Shown in pieces: positions 42,501 to 53,160 of a DNA stretch of 64,000 bases. Positions within the stretch are counted from its first letter, which is position 1. Each line of letters opens with the position of its first letter. Position numbers and translations under genes: made by a program. The DNA is from Hormiphora californensis (taxonomy: Eukaryota; Animalia; Ctenophora): the NCBI GenBank assembly GCA_020137815.1, contig CM035360.1, positions 5,270,001 to 5,334,000 of the forward strand, read 5' to 3'. The notes beneath the pieces were generated by a model. That model worked only from the letters and a program-made list of their open reading frames with translations, did no database searches and was not told the origin of the DNA.

Positions 42501-45500
42501 TTTTGGAGCACATTACACCCAACCAAGGAAGGAGAATAAACCAATAGATGGATATAATACTGTTCGTAAAGTTGACCTTGTTATGCATTATAGTACTTTG
42601 GGGTAGAGGGTAGTTGGATGAAATCTGTGAAACTTTATAATAACAGTTTAGTGTAACAAAATATCTTCTAATATAATCATTTTCTTGTTTATATTTGACT
42701 TGTGGATTTACATCTTATAAACTGACAAGATCCAACATGAAGTTGAAGTTGTAGTACCAGGGCGGGGCTTTGGTAGCGTGGTACAGGGTCCGAAGAGGGG
42801 CTATACATGACCAGAGCGGGCATATACCATTTAAATGTTAAATAACATCTTGTTTTGTTCAAACCCGCGATGCACGGAGAGAGATGGTCGAACAAGGCCT
42901 AATTAATAATATCAACTCACCAGTAACACCCATGCTGCCTTTTCTTTCCACTTTCTGCAACTCCTACATTTATCTCAACTTTGCATATAATATGCTGCTT
43001 TTATTTGTTATTCTTCTCTTACGCGGTGAGAGAGAGAGTTGAGCAAGACACACTAGTTTATCTATGTTATCTTGTATATCAATTTGAACATGTCCCTCTC
43101 TAGAACAAACAGCTCCTCCAATTCTCTAGAACTGGCCACGTTGTTGAAGTGATAAGGTAGCAAATCACGGGGTTAGACTTGGGTATATTATATTAGAGTG
43201 ATTCATAATGATTTTCAATTGCGATTTTTTTGCTTCATGTTCATCGGGGCAATAAAATTTTTATAGGACCTTGTTCCTGACACAATTTTGGTCTCCTAAC
43301 ATCCTTGGTAAAGAGCTGACGAACTTTTTTCCAAGGCTACACCCCATTTTCTAGTGTTTGATCATACTACCGTCTCACTTTCCAAAAAATCGTCAAAATA
43401 CAAGCAAAAATTTTGGAAAACGACCTATTTTGCTCATGAAGTAGTCCATTCTATCAGTTGTCATCGCAAACAACCGATTTTGAGACGAAAAAGTTGCGGG
43501 ATTGGAGTAGGGGGCTAATAATTGCTCGAAATATGGCCCCAAAAGCCAGAAAAATTTGCCCGTTTTTGCGCGACTTTTTTCAACTTCAATTTTAGACCTT
43601 CTAAGACACTCAAAACCACCAAATAACTTCAGGGTCATATAGAACATGGTTTAATTGATATTTTAAGCGCTAAATCTTGACAAAAGACCGACTAGGTCCC
43701 GAGCCACAGCAATTCAAAGTGAAAAAAGGGCTTTTTGACTAAATTCTAAAAATAGCCCACAAAATCAAGGGTGAAAATCGGATGAACTTGATTTCCCTCA
43801 AATATCCCCAAAAGAGGTTATTCTAGCCCTACAAGGAGCCCTGAGTCGATCTGTATCTGTTTACGGCTTCTACAAGGCTAACATCGAGACCTGAATTTTT
43901 TGCACGTAGACCGCAAAAAAGTTTAACTTCAGAAATTGTCTGTCACCGGTTACGTAAAACCATCCTGAACTTCAAACATGGTCGACGGGTTCCAAAATTG
44001 GCCAAACTAATCGCTCCTGTAAAAATTTTTGGTCCCCAGTGTCTATGTGCACTCAAAAAGAGCGATTGAAAATCATTATGAATCACCCTAATATGACTGC
44101 CTTCCCCATCTGCCTGCCTATTCTACAACCGCATGTGCAATATGTGACTCTATATAGCTGCTTGTTTTACTTTTTAATAAAGCATCTCATCATTTTACAG
44201 AGTAATAGCATGGCTTCCGAAGTTCCAGTACCGCTGAATTTTGGCTGGCATCTTCTCAAATTGTCCCGGTTTAACGACTTCGTTCTGACGGCTAGTGGAG
44301 GTGTGGAATTGAAGGGAAATTCCATGATTCTCTCCTTCAACAGCCCAGTCATCATGGACTTGGTCAGTCAGCAAGGGTGTATGGCTGTAGATTTTGAGGA
44401 ATTTGGTGAGGACACCGTGAGAGCTGTTCTTCTCTCCTGCTACACCGGCACTGCTACCATCACCAAGGAGAATTTTAGGGAAATTAACAAGATTGCTATA
44501 GCTCTGAAGATCGAGTGGTTGAGAAAGTGTTGTTTGAAGTTTTTCCGGGGAATGTGTAAGGCTGCTAAGACTGAAGCTGACCTTCAGTGGCTGTTCCTGG
44601 AAGCAGAATATGTAGTTAGAGAGGCGAATTATTGTTCCTTGGCAGAAGCGCTAAGCAGCAGTTTGTCAAGTGAAACAAGGAGTGTTCTTATGAAAAATTT
44701 TGCCCCACTCTCCATAAGCAATTCTTCAGTTTCATCTGCGACTACCTGCCTCAATATCTCTCTAACTGATACTTTTGCTGCGCTAGTAGAATCGTTGAAA
44801 GGACGTAGGACAGAAGCTGAAAATCTGCACATCACTGTGACCGATAGAAGTATTCTAACCAGTGATAACTTAGTGGCTTATCGAACCTCAGATCCGGCAG
44901 GGTTTGAGACCCTGGTAAACTTGCTGGACGACTCAGGAGATGAACAAATTATGATGAATTTGTGGAAGGTCTACCGAAATAAAAATCTCGCTTTGTCAAA
45001 GGGGCAGCAGTATATTGGAGGAGATCTTGTTCTACACTCTGTCTTCTTGGATGGACAAAAGTTCGTAAATGTTAAAAAAATCCACGAACCGAACGAAGCA
45101 GAAAATCTCATTGTGAAATTGCTGGCAGATGATAGAGTTAGAAACTATAACATTTTTCTTGATGCGATCGCGTTCAACGAATTCTTCAACTCCAGAAAGA
45201 AATACGAAGTTTCTTATAATCATGTTAATGACCCAAGTGGAAACAATGTTGCGTATGTTGGGACACAAAATAATCATTGGATAGTCAACCAGTATATCTC
45301 CCCTAATCTACGAATTACCTCCCTGCTTAGAAAAGCAGCGGATAAGTTAGGAAGACCACATATACTTCCAAAATTTTCAAAGAACTTACAAAAATTTTCA
45401 ACTACCGTCTCAGGCTCTTTTGAGGCAGCTGACAATATCAAAACGAATTCATTATATCCATTTGAAGTCGGGAAGGAAGACATTGTTACACATTTAACAA

Positions 45501-47064
45501 AAGAAAGGACATATAACTTTCTAATGTCAACCAACCAAAACAATGATTGCAAACTCGGCCCAGGTGCTTGTTGGATCGGGGCTCACTTTATACCGGCAGA
45601 AGATACTCCCTTAACCGTTACATTTATCGATAATCAGTCGACTGCTAAAAAACTGCAGCCATCAGGTCATTACCATTACAATGATCTGGATAGGGTTCAT
45701 TTCTATTTGGAGACAAGGTTTATAAATGACCGAAAGAACAGTTCGGTGACAGATTCGTCTTTGCTGATTCCTCTAAGCTGGTGGCCTGGTAACTGGCAAT
45801 GGTTTCAGAACATTTTCGGAGAACGTTACACTTATCCAAGGAAAGGAAATAAACCATTTGATCAGAATTGCGACCCTCTTTGCGTTGATCTCGTTATGTA
45901 TTACAGTATTCATAGGTAGACCGTATATCCCCCCGGCCTGTTTTCACAATTAGGTGTGTTTCAATTTTGTGTAAATCAAAGTGTGATTATCTTCTTATTA
46001 TCTTTTTATATTTGAGTCGTGGAATTACATCCTATAAATTAATTGGTAGCTTGTAAAGTACTAGCAGGGATTTGGTAGCTCTACAAGGTTCAGAGAGGGG
46101 TCACCTAACCAGAGTTGGCATATAATATTTACCATCTTGGTTTGTTCAAACCCGCGGGGCGTGGTGAGAGATATGGTCGAACAAGGCCTATATAATATCA
46201 ACTCACCAGTAGCATTTGGCAGATATCACCACTCTTGTAAAGTGTCTTCTTGTCAATAGTTTTCTGGCACTCTACAATACAGGGCAGATCGACTATCTTA
46301 GCAGGGAGGACCACATTCTCAACCTTAACTAGGGCGTGCCTGGGGATGGTAGGTAGGTGGTAAGGAGGGAATGGTGGTAAGTTATGCTGGTAAGTAAAGG
46401 TTTACAAGGTAGGGTTGAAAGTGAGGCGTACGTACACGGTAGGTTGGTAACTGGGAAGTACGGGTTACAAAGTAGGTTGGAAGTAAGTGGTGACATGTTC
46501 TGTGGTGAGTAGAGTCGAGAGAATGAAAAAGAAACTACAGCAAGGCATGGTTTTTGTTTGACATGTTCCCAGTCTGTCGGCTCTCACACCGGGCCTTCGG
46601 CCCGGTGTGAGCTTACGCGAGCCCGAAGGGCGAGCGTAACCGAGGCGCTTAACGTGCGCTTAACATGCAGAACAGACAGACTGCGTAGCATGGCAAGTTT
46701 TTGTGTGATGAATGACGGGAGTTACCTGCAATCATCCTTGATATCAACTTCGAGACGTTCCCTCAAGTTTCCCTTGTGGACTGCTTGTCGTACTATCTGA
46801 ACATTATATGAAGGTTGTTAAATAATATGGTCTAACGCGTCTTGTGGGAGAGGGTCGAGAGAAGGGCAAGATATGAATATTATATGAAACTTTTCATGGT
46901 CTAAGAGAGGGTTGTGGGAGAAAAGGTTGAGATAAAGGAAGGCAGTGACATAAAGTATTAATGAGATAGCCGGCATATAGAAGTACCTGGGCATATTTCT
47001 CAGGTAGACGTAGTAACATTAAGTTCTCCTGATTTTCATCGTCATCATCTCTCCTTCCTGACAT
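36506..47064 (-). CDS. TAF7: TFIID subunit 7 (TAFII55), multi-exon; 8.4-kb intron 3 hosts BTB genes
   Basis: ENLMLLRLPEKYA; AKIVDLPCIVECQKTIDKKTLYKSGDICQML; HGVCPPFKNVRKKRFRK; EVEKEVRRLLRAD; C-terminal NSFLKQRLQD coil, stop 36506. Confidence 0.95.
37965..38247 (+). mobile_element. 3' fragment of a second Penelope family (GIY-YIG tail) with truncated hammerhead
   Basis: ITWKVRKKGRPY..CDLCTTEK..LLNRRSEIMGSCRNH; CTGATGA-aataca att tgtatt-GAAAC at 38219-38245. Confidence 0.75.
38247..38290 (-). mobile_element. Helitron-like 3' end (5' extent unresolved)
   Basis: Minus strand ttcgccc gta gggcgaa hairpin, then CTAG|T; same end at 58900. Confidence 0.6.
39867..40783. mobile_element. MITE with ~190-bp TIRs, TAG..CTA ends (Academ-like)
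   Basis: atat|TAGGCTGTCCAGTAAAT...ATTTACTGGACAGCCTA|gtat. Confidence 0.8.
40912..42606 (+). CDS. Intronless BTB/POZ-domain protein, copy 1 (nested antisense in TAF7)
   Basis: ATG 9 nt after ttttacag; NDFVLTASGGVELKGNSMILSFNSPVI..TVRAVLLSCYTG..ITKENFREINKIAIALKIEWLRKCC; C-terminus not recognised. Confidence 0.85.
   Translation: MVSEVPVPLNFGRHLLKLSRFNDFVLTASGGVELKGNSMILSFNSPVIMDLVSQQGCMAVDFEEFGEDTVRAVLLSCYTGTATITKENFREINKIAIALKIEWLRKCCLKFLREMCKAVKTEADLQWLFLEAEYVVREANDCFLAEALSSSLSSVAKSVLMKKFAPLSIRNSSVSSMTICLTISLTDTFAALVESLQERVTEAGNLHITATDRRILTSDNLVAYRTSDPAGFETLVNLLEESGDEQIMMNLWRVYRNKNLPFTRGQQYIGGDLVLNSIFLDGEKYVSNKEIHQPNEAENLIEKLLADDRVRNYNIFIDAIAFCEFFNSRKLYDRTRSGNNVAYVGTQCSEHWLINHPTTPNQRINSLLRKAADKLGRPHFIPQFTQNLQNFSTTVSGSFEAADNIKRNSLYPFEVGQKAFVKHFTRERTYNFLMSTNENSDCKLGPGACWIGAHFMPSEEAPSAVTFIDNQSTAKKLQPSGHYHYNDLDRVHFYLRPRFIVDRDNGKVKDSPLLISLSWWPGNWQLFQDIFGAHYTQPRKENKPIDGYNTVRKVDLVMHYSTLG
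43194..44090. mobile_element. Different MITE, TAG..CTA ends, ATAT TSD (Academ-like)
   Basis: atat|TAGAGTGATTCATAATGATTTTCAAT...ATTGAAAATCATTATGAATCACCCTA|atat. Confidence 0.8.
44210..45919 (+). CDS. Intronless BTB/POZ-domain protein, copy 2
   Basis: Paralog of 40912-42606 with the same acceptor-ATG arrangement. Confidence 0.85.
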   Translation: MASEVPVPLNFGWHLLKLSRFNDFVLTASGGVELKGNSMILSFNSPVIMDLVSQQGCMAVDFEEFGEDTVRAVLLSCYTGTATITKENFREINKIAIALKIEWLRKCCLKFFRGMCKAAKTEADLQWLFLEAEYVVREANYCSLAEALSSSLSSETRSVLMKNFAPLSISNSSVSSATTCLNISLTDTFAALVESLKGRRTEAENLHITVTDRSILTSDNLVAYRTSDPAGFETLVNLLDDSGDEQIMMNLWKVYRNKNLALSKGQQYIGGDLVLHSVFLDGQKFVNVKKIHEPNEAENLIVKLLADDRVRNYNIFLDAIAFNEFFNSRKKYEVSYNHVNDPSGNNVAYVGTQNNHWIVNQYISPNLRITSLLRKAADKLGRPHILPKFSKNLQKFSTTVSGSFEAADNIKTNSLYPFEVGKEDIVTHLTKERTYNFLMSTNQNNDCKLGPGACWIGAHFIPAEDTPLTVTFIDNQSTAKKLQPSGHYHYNDLDRVHFYLETRFINDRKNSSVTDSSLLIPLSWWPGNWQWFQNIFGERYTYPRKGNKPFDQNCDPLCVDLVMYYSIHR

Positions 47065-47203
47065 ATCGTGTCTTGCTACCAGTGAAAGATGGGAGATTAG
47101 ATAGCATGAAGCTAAGTAGGCTAGACAGGAGCTATATGCAAAATTAAACGATCCTAAAAATGATAATGTCAGTGCATTAAAAACAAATAAATTACCCAAC
47201 ATC

Positions 47204-47273
<70 letters not shown>

Positions 47274-47279
47274 CCCCAC

Positions 47280-50200
47280 TCACATCTCCACAATAACGAC
47301 ACTCCCATCCTCTCCAGCAGCAGCTAACTGTCCCCTACCACCAGGTCTCCATTGAACTGTATTCACACTCCCCACCACACACCCCACCACTCGATCCCTC
47401 TCCTCTGCTCCTTCACAAACACAAACATCCCCGCTCTCCAACCCCACCCCCACCATCCCCGTGACAGGACACACATCCACAGCAGTTACACTCTGCTCAA
47501 ACACCTTCTCTACCCCGGCTGTCCAGCTGGTTTTCCCGGCAGTAGTGTTCCAAAACCTGAGTTTCTTATCCCTAGCAACGGTTACGAAGGAGAGATCAGT
47601 GAGCCAGGCACAATCCCAGATGATCCGGGCGTGTGATTTTGGGGGTGAAACAGCGAGGAGGGATCGAGAAGGAACATCCCAAACTACCCAATCACGGTCA
47701 CGGGATACAGTCAGCAAGTAACGGTCATCGGGCGAGAACTTCATCCTGGAAAATGTGACAAATCAATTACAAAGTCACGAAGACCCTTGCTAAAGCTGCT
47801 TATTATTAGGGGTGGAATTAATTTGGATCAAGCAGATTGATGCAGAGGGTTGAGTCGCTGGACACTGTGTCGGCGCTATGAATATTTCAAGTTAGAGGGA
47901 GGGGTGGTGACATACCTGGTTACTGTAAGGTTATGATGTACCAGTTCTGCAACCTTGCCCCACTTCCCTGTTTCCCATAGCAATACTGCAGCATACTTCT
48001 GCTTGCTGGCCTTACACGAGCTGGGGAGAGAGAGAGAGAGAGAGAGAGAGAGTTGTGACGTGTTGTGTGTACATAAATAAAAACACTACCATAAATACAA
48101 ACACTGTTCAGAAGTATACGTAACACATGCACACCTACCTAGCAATAAGAGCTCCATCATGAGAGGCGGTACACTGGTATACCTCGTACCCGTGCCCATA
48201 CAACTTGTGTACCTCCGGCCATAGTGTGTTCTGTGGGAAACAAAGTTCTTAGAGTCGTTGAGAAATGGTAGTTCTTAGAATTCTTTTGGAGACAAGTTCT
48301 TAGAGTGTGTGAAAACATGTTTAGCTAAGCCAGTGCAAGTGGCAGATTTCAGAGGAGTAAGGGGATTTTCGTGAAAAAAGGCCAAGTCTTCAGCATTAAA
48401 ATGAGTCAATTCTGTTACTACAAACCTGTAAAAGGACTTCCTCTAGAGGCGGTTCAGTCAGGGATACCGGGGCAAATGCCACCTGATACGGGATATCATA
48501 GTCTTTTGAGGTAGCAGTACCCCCATGATCCACCCTCCCTCCACCCTCCAGATCTTGGGGTGTCAGCACCTTATTTGATAATCCTGGATAGGAGAACCGT
48601 TATAATACATAACATGAGCGGACTGTAACTACTAGTTACAGCCCGCTCAGGTTATGTAGTTACTAACTAGTGATGATTGGACAGTCTGTCTGAATCTCCT
48701 GATTTATACACCTATAAACCTGGTAGGTCTCAATAAGCATTAAGCAATCGTGTTAGTGCCTAAATCATGTCTTTTAGAACTTCCCGATTTACCTACTTAA
48801 TTGTCTACCTACCTAGAGCAGGAACGTGTGCCCCCAAGATATGCTCACTAGCAGCAGCACCCACCATATCCCTCCCCGTTATGGTGGAGAGATTCTTGAA
48901 GAAAGTTGATGTGGCCTAGGAGAAGTTCCATTTAGTAGTACAGTTTTAATAAAAAACGAAAGAACTATAATATTTTGATTAAAATAGCTCAGTCTGGAAC
49001 TTGTCATGTCTTGAAAGGAATGAGGGATAACTTCCAGACAAATTAAAAATGGAATTAAATAAAACTCACCACGCTCTGTGAGGGTTCAGTAGATTAAAAA
49101 ATACCTGGAAGACTCGGAGAACCTTTTCCTCACTCCCACTAACATACATGTTGTCAGAGAGGGTACTAATACAGCTCATGTCATGTCCATGGACCTGGGA
49201 ACGGGCCATCTCGTACCACTGGTTGCCCCTCCAGATACTCAATACTCTGACACTCTGGGGAGGGAGAGATGTTATGTGGTGGTGGTGGTGCCAAACTCTG
49301 TCCCGTAGGGCAAAACAACATGGAGGATATTATAAATCTCCTTTACAGGGCACGGTAAGAGAGGTTCGAGCAAGGGTCATGACTCATGATGTGATGTCAC
49401 CGGGAAGAAACTGATGTACATACTTCATCCTTGTTCTCTACGCATAAGAGAACAATACAAGGAAGAAACTGATGAAACAACGCTACAAAGTTGATAAGGA
49501 ATTATACTTGATCACAGCTGGCAGTAATAAGATAATCCCCTGAGGGTGCCCATGAGAGATCCTTAACTGGTCCAAAGTGTCCCCCAGGCATAGGTATACC
49601 CCTCCATTTCCCATCACCAGCTTCCGCAGCATTTCCATCAGGTTTTATCCAAGCTTGAAAAGCACCCTGTAATACATTCACCGTTTTGTTTAGGTCCGGA
49701 TCGATCTAGTCTCCCGTAAAATGCATCATACAACAACTGATACAGCTAACTTTATATTGTAAATGCCAAACCTGGAATCCATGTGAAATGACCATATCAG
49801 AAGAGTGAGAGGGGAATGCTCCAAACAGTCCCAAGTTGTTACCTCCCACCTCACCAACATGGACATCTTCCGTCCAAAGTCCAGCAGAGTCCTAGAAGGA
49901 ACGGGGTGAAGTTGTAAGAAGAGGGAAATAAGAAAGGGGAAGATAGTTTGAGTCGCCTGACACTGTGCAGTGTGCTCCGAACAATTCAAGAGTGAAGAGA
50001 TAGTAGAGTAAAACAAGAAAGCAGTAAAACCACACGAACGGAATATATCAAATTGGAGAGTTATATCTGGTAACAGATCAGACTAGATATATTTAACAGA
50101 TGAACACAGTACGGACCTGTTGCCAGATAATTAGCGTCTTATCCATACTGGCTGATAATAATTTCCCATTACCCATCCATCGGACACTCGACACCCAGTT

Positions 50201-51916
50201 TTCATGTCCCAGTAACACACTCTCAACTGAAACTCTGATCAAAAGAAAGAAGTGAGAAACAGACAGTGAAATTGTCTACATCTCTTGGTTCTCTGGAGCT
50301 GAACGAAACTCCCCATTTTACAGCGGCTATCCCACACAATTCTACAAAACTGCGGAGGGTGGCTTTGTGAAGTGCTAACAACTTTCTAACGCGCTGTTTT
50401 CAATCACCGCGCGTTACTACCTGTGTGTCCCCGTGGGTAGCTCAAAAAGTGTTTCTTTCAATTTGAAGCCAGTGTGATCTTCTACCGCTGGTTGTTCAAC
50501 GACCGGCTCCGGTGAAGTCGGGTCATGAGGTGAAATCCTCCAGAGGCGAATATAGTTGTCCTGACTACCACTTGCAAGGATAAGGGTATCGGGAGACGGG
50601 GCACGGAAATCGAGTCCTCTCACCCAGTTCTCATGACCTGAAATAGAAGCATAAAGTATTATATATTCAAAACCTATGTTGATTGTCGATTCAGCACGAG
50701 AGAGCTCAATCGGTCCAATTACGAATCGAGAGCAGCAAACAAATTAAAACAAGTCGGTTTTACCAAACAAATGTTTCGATCCTAGATCTAGGATCGAAAC
50801 ATTTGTTTGGTAAAACCGACTTGTTTTAATTTATCTACACAACCTATTGAAATTTGGATTTTGAATCCCATTCAAAGTGGTCTTAACATACCTTTGAGTT
50901 TTGCAAGAGAGATAATCTCCCCATCTTTTGAGATGGAGTACAGGGTGATCGCTGAGTCGTCAGTAGCCAGTGCAGCCAATAGCCCTCCACCCAGTGTTGT
51001 GAGAGAGTGACTCAAACAGAAACCGTTCCTGAAGTAGAGAAATAGCATGAGTTCTGATGAGATCGGATCAGAACTGATTTCAGAAATATAGGGGGACTGA
51101 GGTGTGATGCACCAAGGGGAGGAGGGACAAAGGAAAGTTACTTGGGAATTGTAAGAGATGTCAAAGGTTCCACTTTTTCATCTGCACTGAATCTGATAAC
51201 AACTGAGTCTCCTCCACTACTTATCACAATAACAGATCCTGAATAGAGTATTGAGAGGGATAAACTTTTACAAATTTACCCTAGAGAATGAAATGGTCAA
51301 CTATTTCCATTGCCCTCGCAGTTTTGGAACATCTGTGTAGTGCGTCTGATCAGGGCGAAGCAAGGATTCAAGCGTCCAAACTTGACCGTTATATTACCTT
51401 CATGTTCTATTGATGACAGGTATATGATAGATTTCCCGTGCTGACACAGTGTCACTGGAGTTTTATCAAGATCAGGTCGCCATAGCAACACGGTTCCATC
51501 TTCACAACCAAACACCACTGCAGCAGTAGCAGCACCACACTGGAAACATGAATAATTTAGAGAGGAGGACGGCTCTCGCCTAAATTATGATATATATCTT
51601 CCCACTAGTTATTCATGTTTTATTTCATGATTATAATTGTGGAGGATATAAAACAAATCATCAGTCTATAGTTAGATCTAACTATCTAAAAAGTCACCTT
51701 ATTCCGCACCCACACAGTACATTTCACAGTAGAAGTTGTCTGGAGATGATTGGTGGCAGTATAGGACTGGCCGGTACGTGACAATATAATAACAGTATTG
51801 CCCCCTCCATACACCATCCTGTCATCACTACCCCCAATATCGGCTGTGCAGGTACCCCTGTTGCAGGCGATGGAACGGAATACACATCTCATCTTTTTAC
51901 TGTCTGATACCAGCAT
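47280..51916 (-). CDS. ELP2: Elongator complex protein 2 (WD40), multi-exon
   Basis: VFRSIACNR; [24 protein letters not shown]; [11 protein letters not shown]; [13 protein letters not shown]; [13 protein letters not shown]; LGLSNK; [18 protein letters not shown]; [15 protein letters not shown]; HARIIW. Start could be 51892. Confidence 0.95.
50741..50832. repeat. Perfect 92-bp palindrome, no spacer (ELP2 intron)
   Basis: Centre cctaga|tctagg at 50786/50787. Confidence 0.9.
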
Positions 51917-52127
51917 TACTAGTTAATTGGTTGGTTAATTAGTTGGTTAATTTGTTGGTTAGTTGGTTAAATAACTAATCGACACTTGATATTGGTTGGT
52001 TGGTTAGTTAGTAAGTTGGTTGGTTAGTTGGTTGAATAAACTCAAAATATCTATTATTACTGTTAATCTAGAAAGTTAATAAGTTACAGAAACACTCATC
52101 CTCATATAAAAAGCACACACACGTACA

Positions 52128-52703
52128 CTACCCCTGTTCAGTCCGTTCTGGTGCCTCAGTCCGTCCTGGTGCCTCAGTCCGTCCTGGTGCCTCGGTCCGT
52201 CCTGGTGCCTCAGTCCGTCCTGGTGCCTCAGTCCACCTCAGATCATGGATCCTCTCCCAGGGCCACACCAGCCACGTCACTCTCCCTACAATCATCTTGG
52301 TATGCAGCTGACCATACTCGTTACTATCCCTCCCTGCCGTCTCATGATTATCAGCCTCAACCCAGACATGACCTGGTCTAACAACCACACTCGTCTCACC
52401 AGTTTTACCAGTTTTAGAGGGTACCACCACATCACCCTCCACCCCTGACACCCTCTTCATCGCCAACCTCTGACCGTGTTTGGGTGATCTGAACACCACG
52501 ATGTCACCTCTTTGGGGTGTGTGTGGTAACTTGCTAACCCACACTCTCTCCCTCAGTAGAGCGCGGGTTGGTCCCGGGTTTAGGGTGGGTTTCATGGATT
52601 GGCCTCGGACGGTGTGAACGTATCCAATGTTGTCGTACCATAAAAGAGAGGCACACCCACATCCCAGGAAGATCTTGGATCGGGCCCACAAACCAGCTAG
52701 CAT
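52128..52703 (-). CDS. IMMP2L: Mitochondrial inner membrane peptidase subunit 2-like (S26), single exon
   Basis: VRGQSMKPTLNP, RGDIVVFRSP, KRV, GHVWVEADN, DSNEYG, VWPWER; C-terminal TEAPGR repeats. IMP2 versus IMP1 is moderately sure. Confidence 0.85.
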   Translation of the reverse strand: MLAGLWARSKIFLGCGCASLLWYDNIGYVHTVRGQSMKPTLNPGPTRALLRERVWVSKLPHTPQRGDIVVFRSPKHGQRLAMKRVSGVEGDVVVPSKTGKTGETSVVVRPGHVWVEADNHETAGRDSNEYGQLHTKMIVGRVTWLVWPWERIHDLRWTEAPGRTEAPGRTEAPGRTEAPGRTEAPERTEQG

Positions 52704-53160
52704 GATGGTTTATTGGGATATCATAATGGTGCCATACTACATAACAAGGTGGGGTTAGTTGCCTGGCTAGACTGTGTTTCGGGCGCCCCGCCCCCGAAAC
52801 AAATGTAAAGGGAGGGTTAGAACATAACAAGGTGGGGTTAGAGGTAAAGGTGTTAAACTAGAATGCAAGCGTTGGGAGTTTCCTAGACCCATGTTGTTTG
52901 TTTGTTTGTTTGTGATTGCTGCGTCTGGAGGATACCCATGCTGTATGAACATTGGAAACACACGTTGGTTGAGGACTTGTGGTTGTGTACAATAGCACAT
53001 CGTGAAGGGATGGTTGTGTGTTTGGGTAGATCTGAGAAAAGGCAGTTTTGCACAAATTTTAAAAATGAGCGTGAGTTATGAACAGATCAAAAGTAAACAA
53101 TCTCAGAGAGCTAAACCCAACAACATGAAAACACAGACACATCAACAACAGCTATATATT

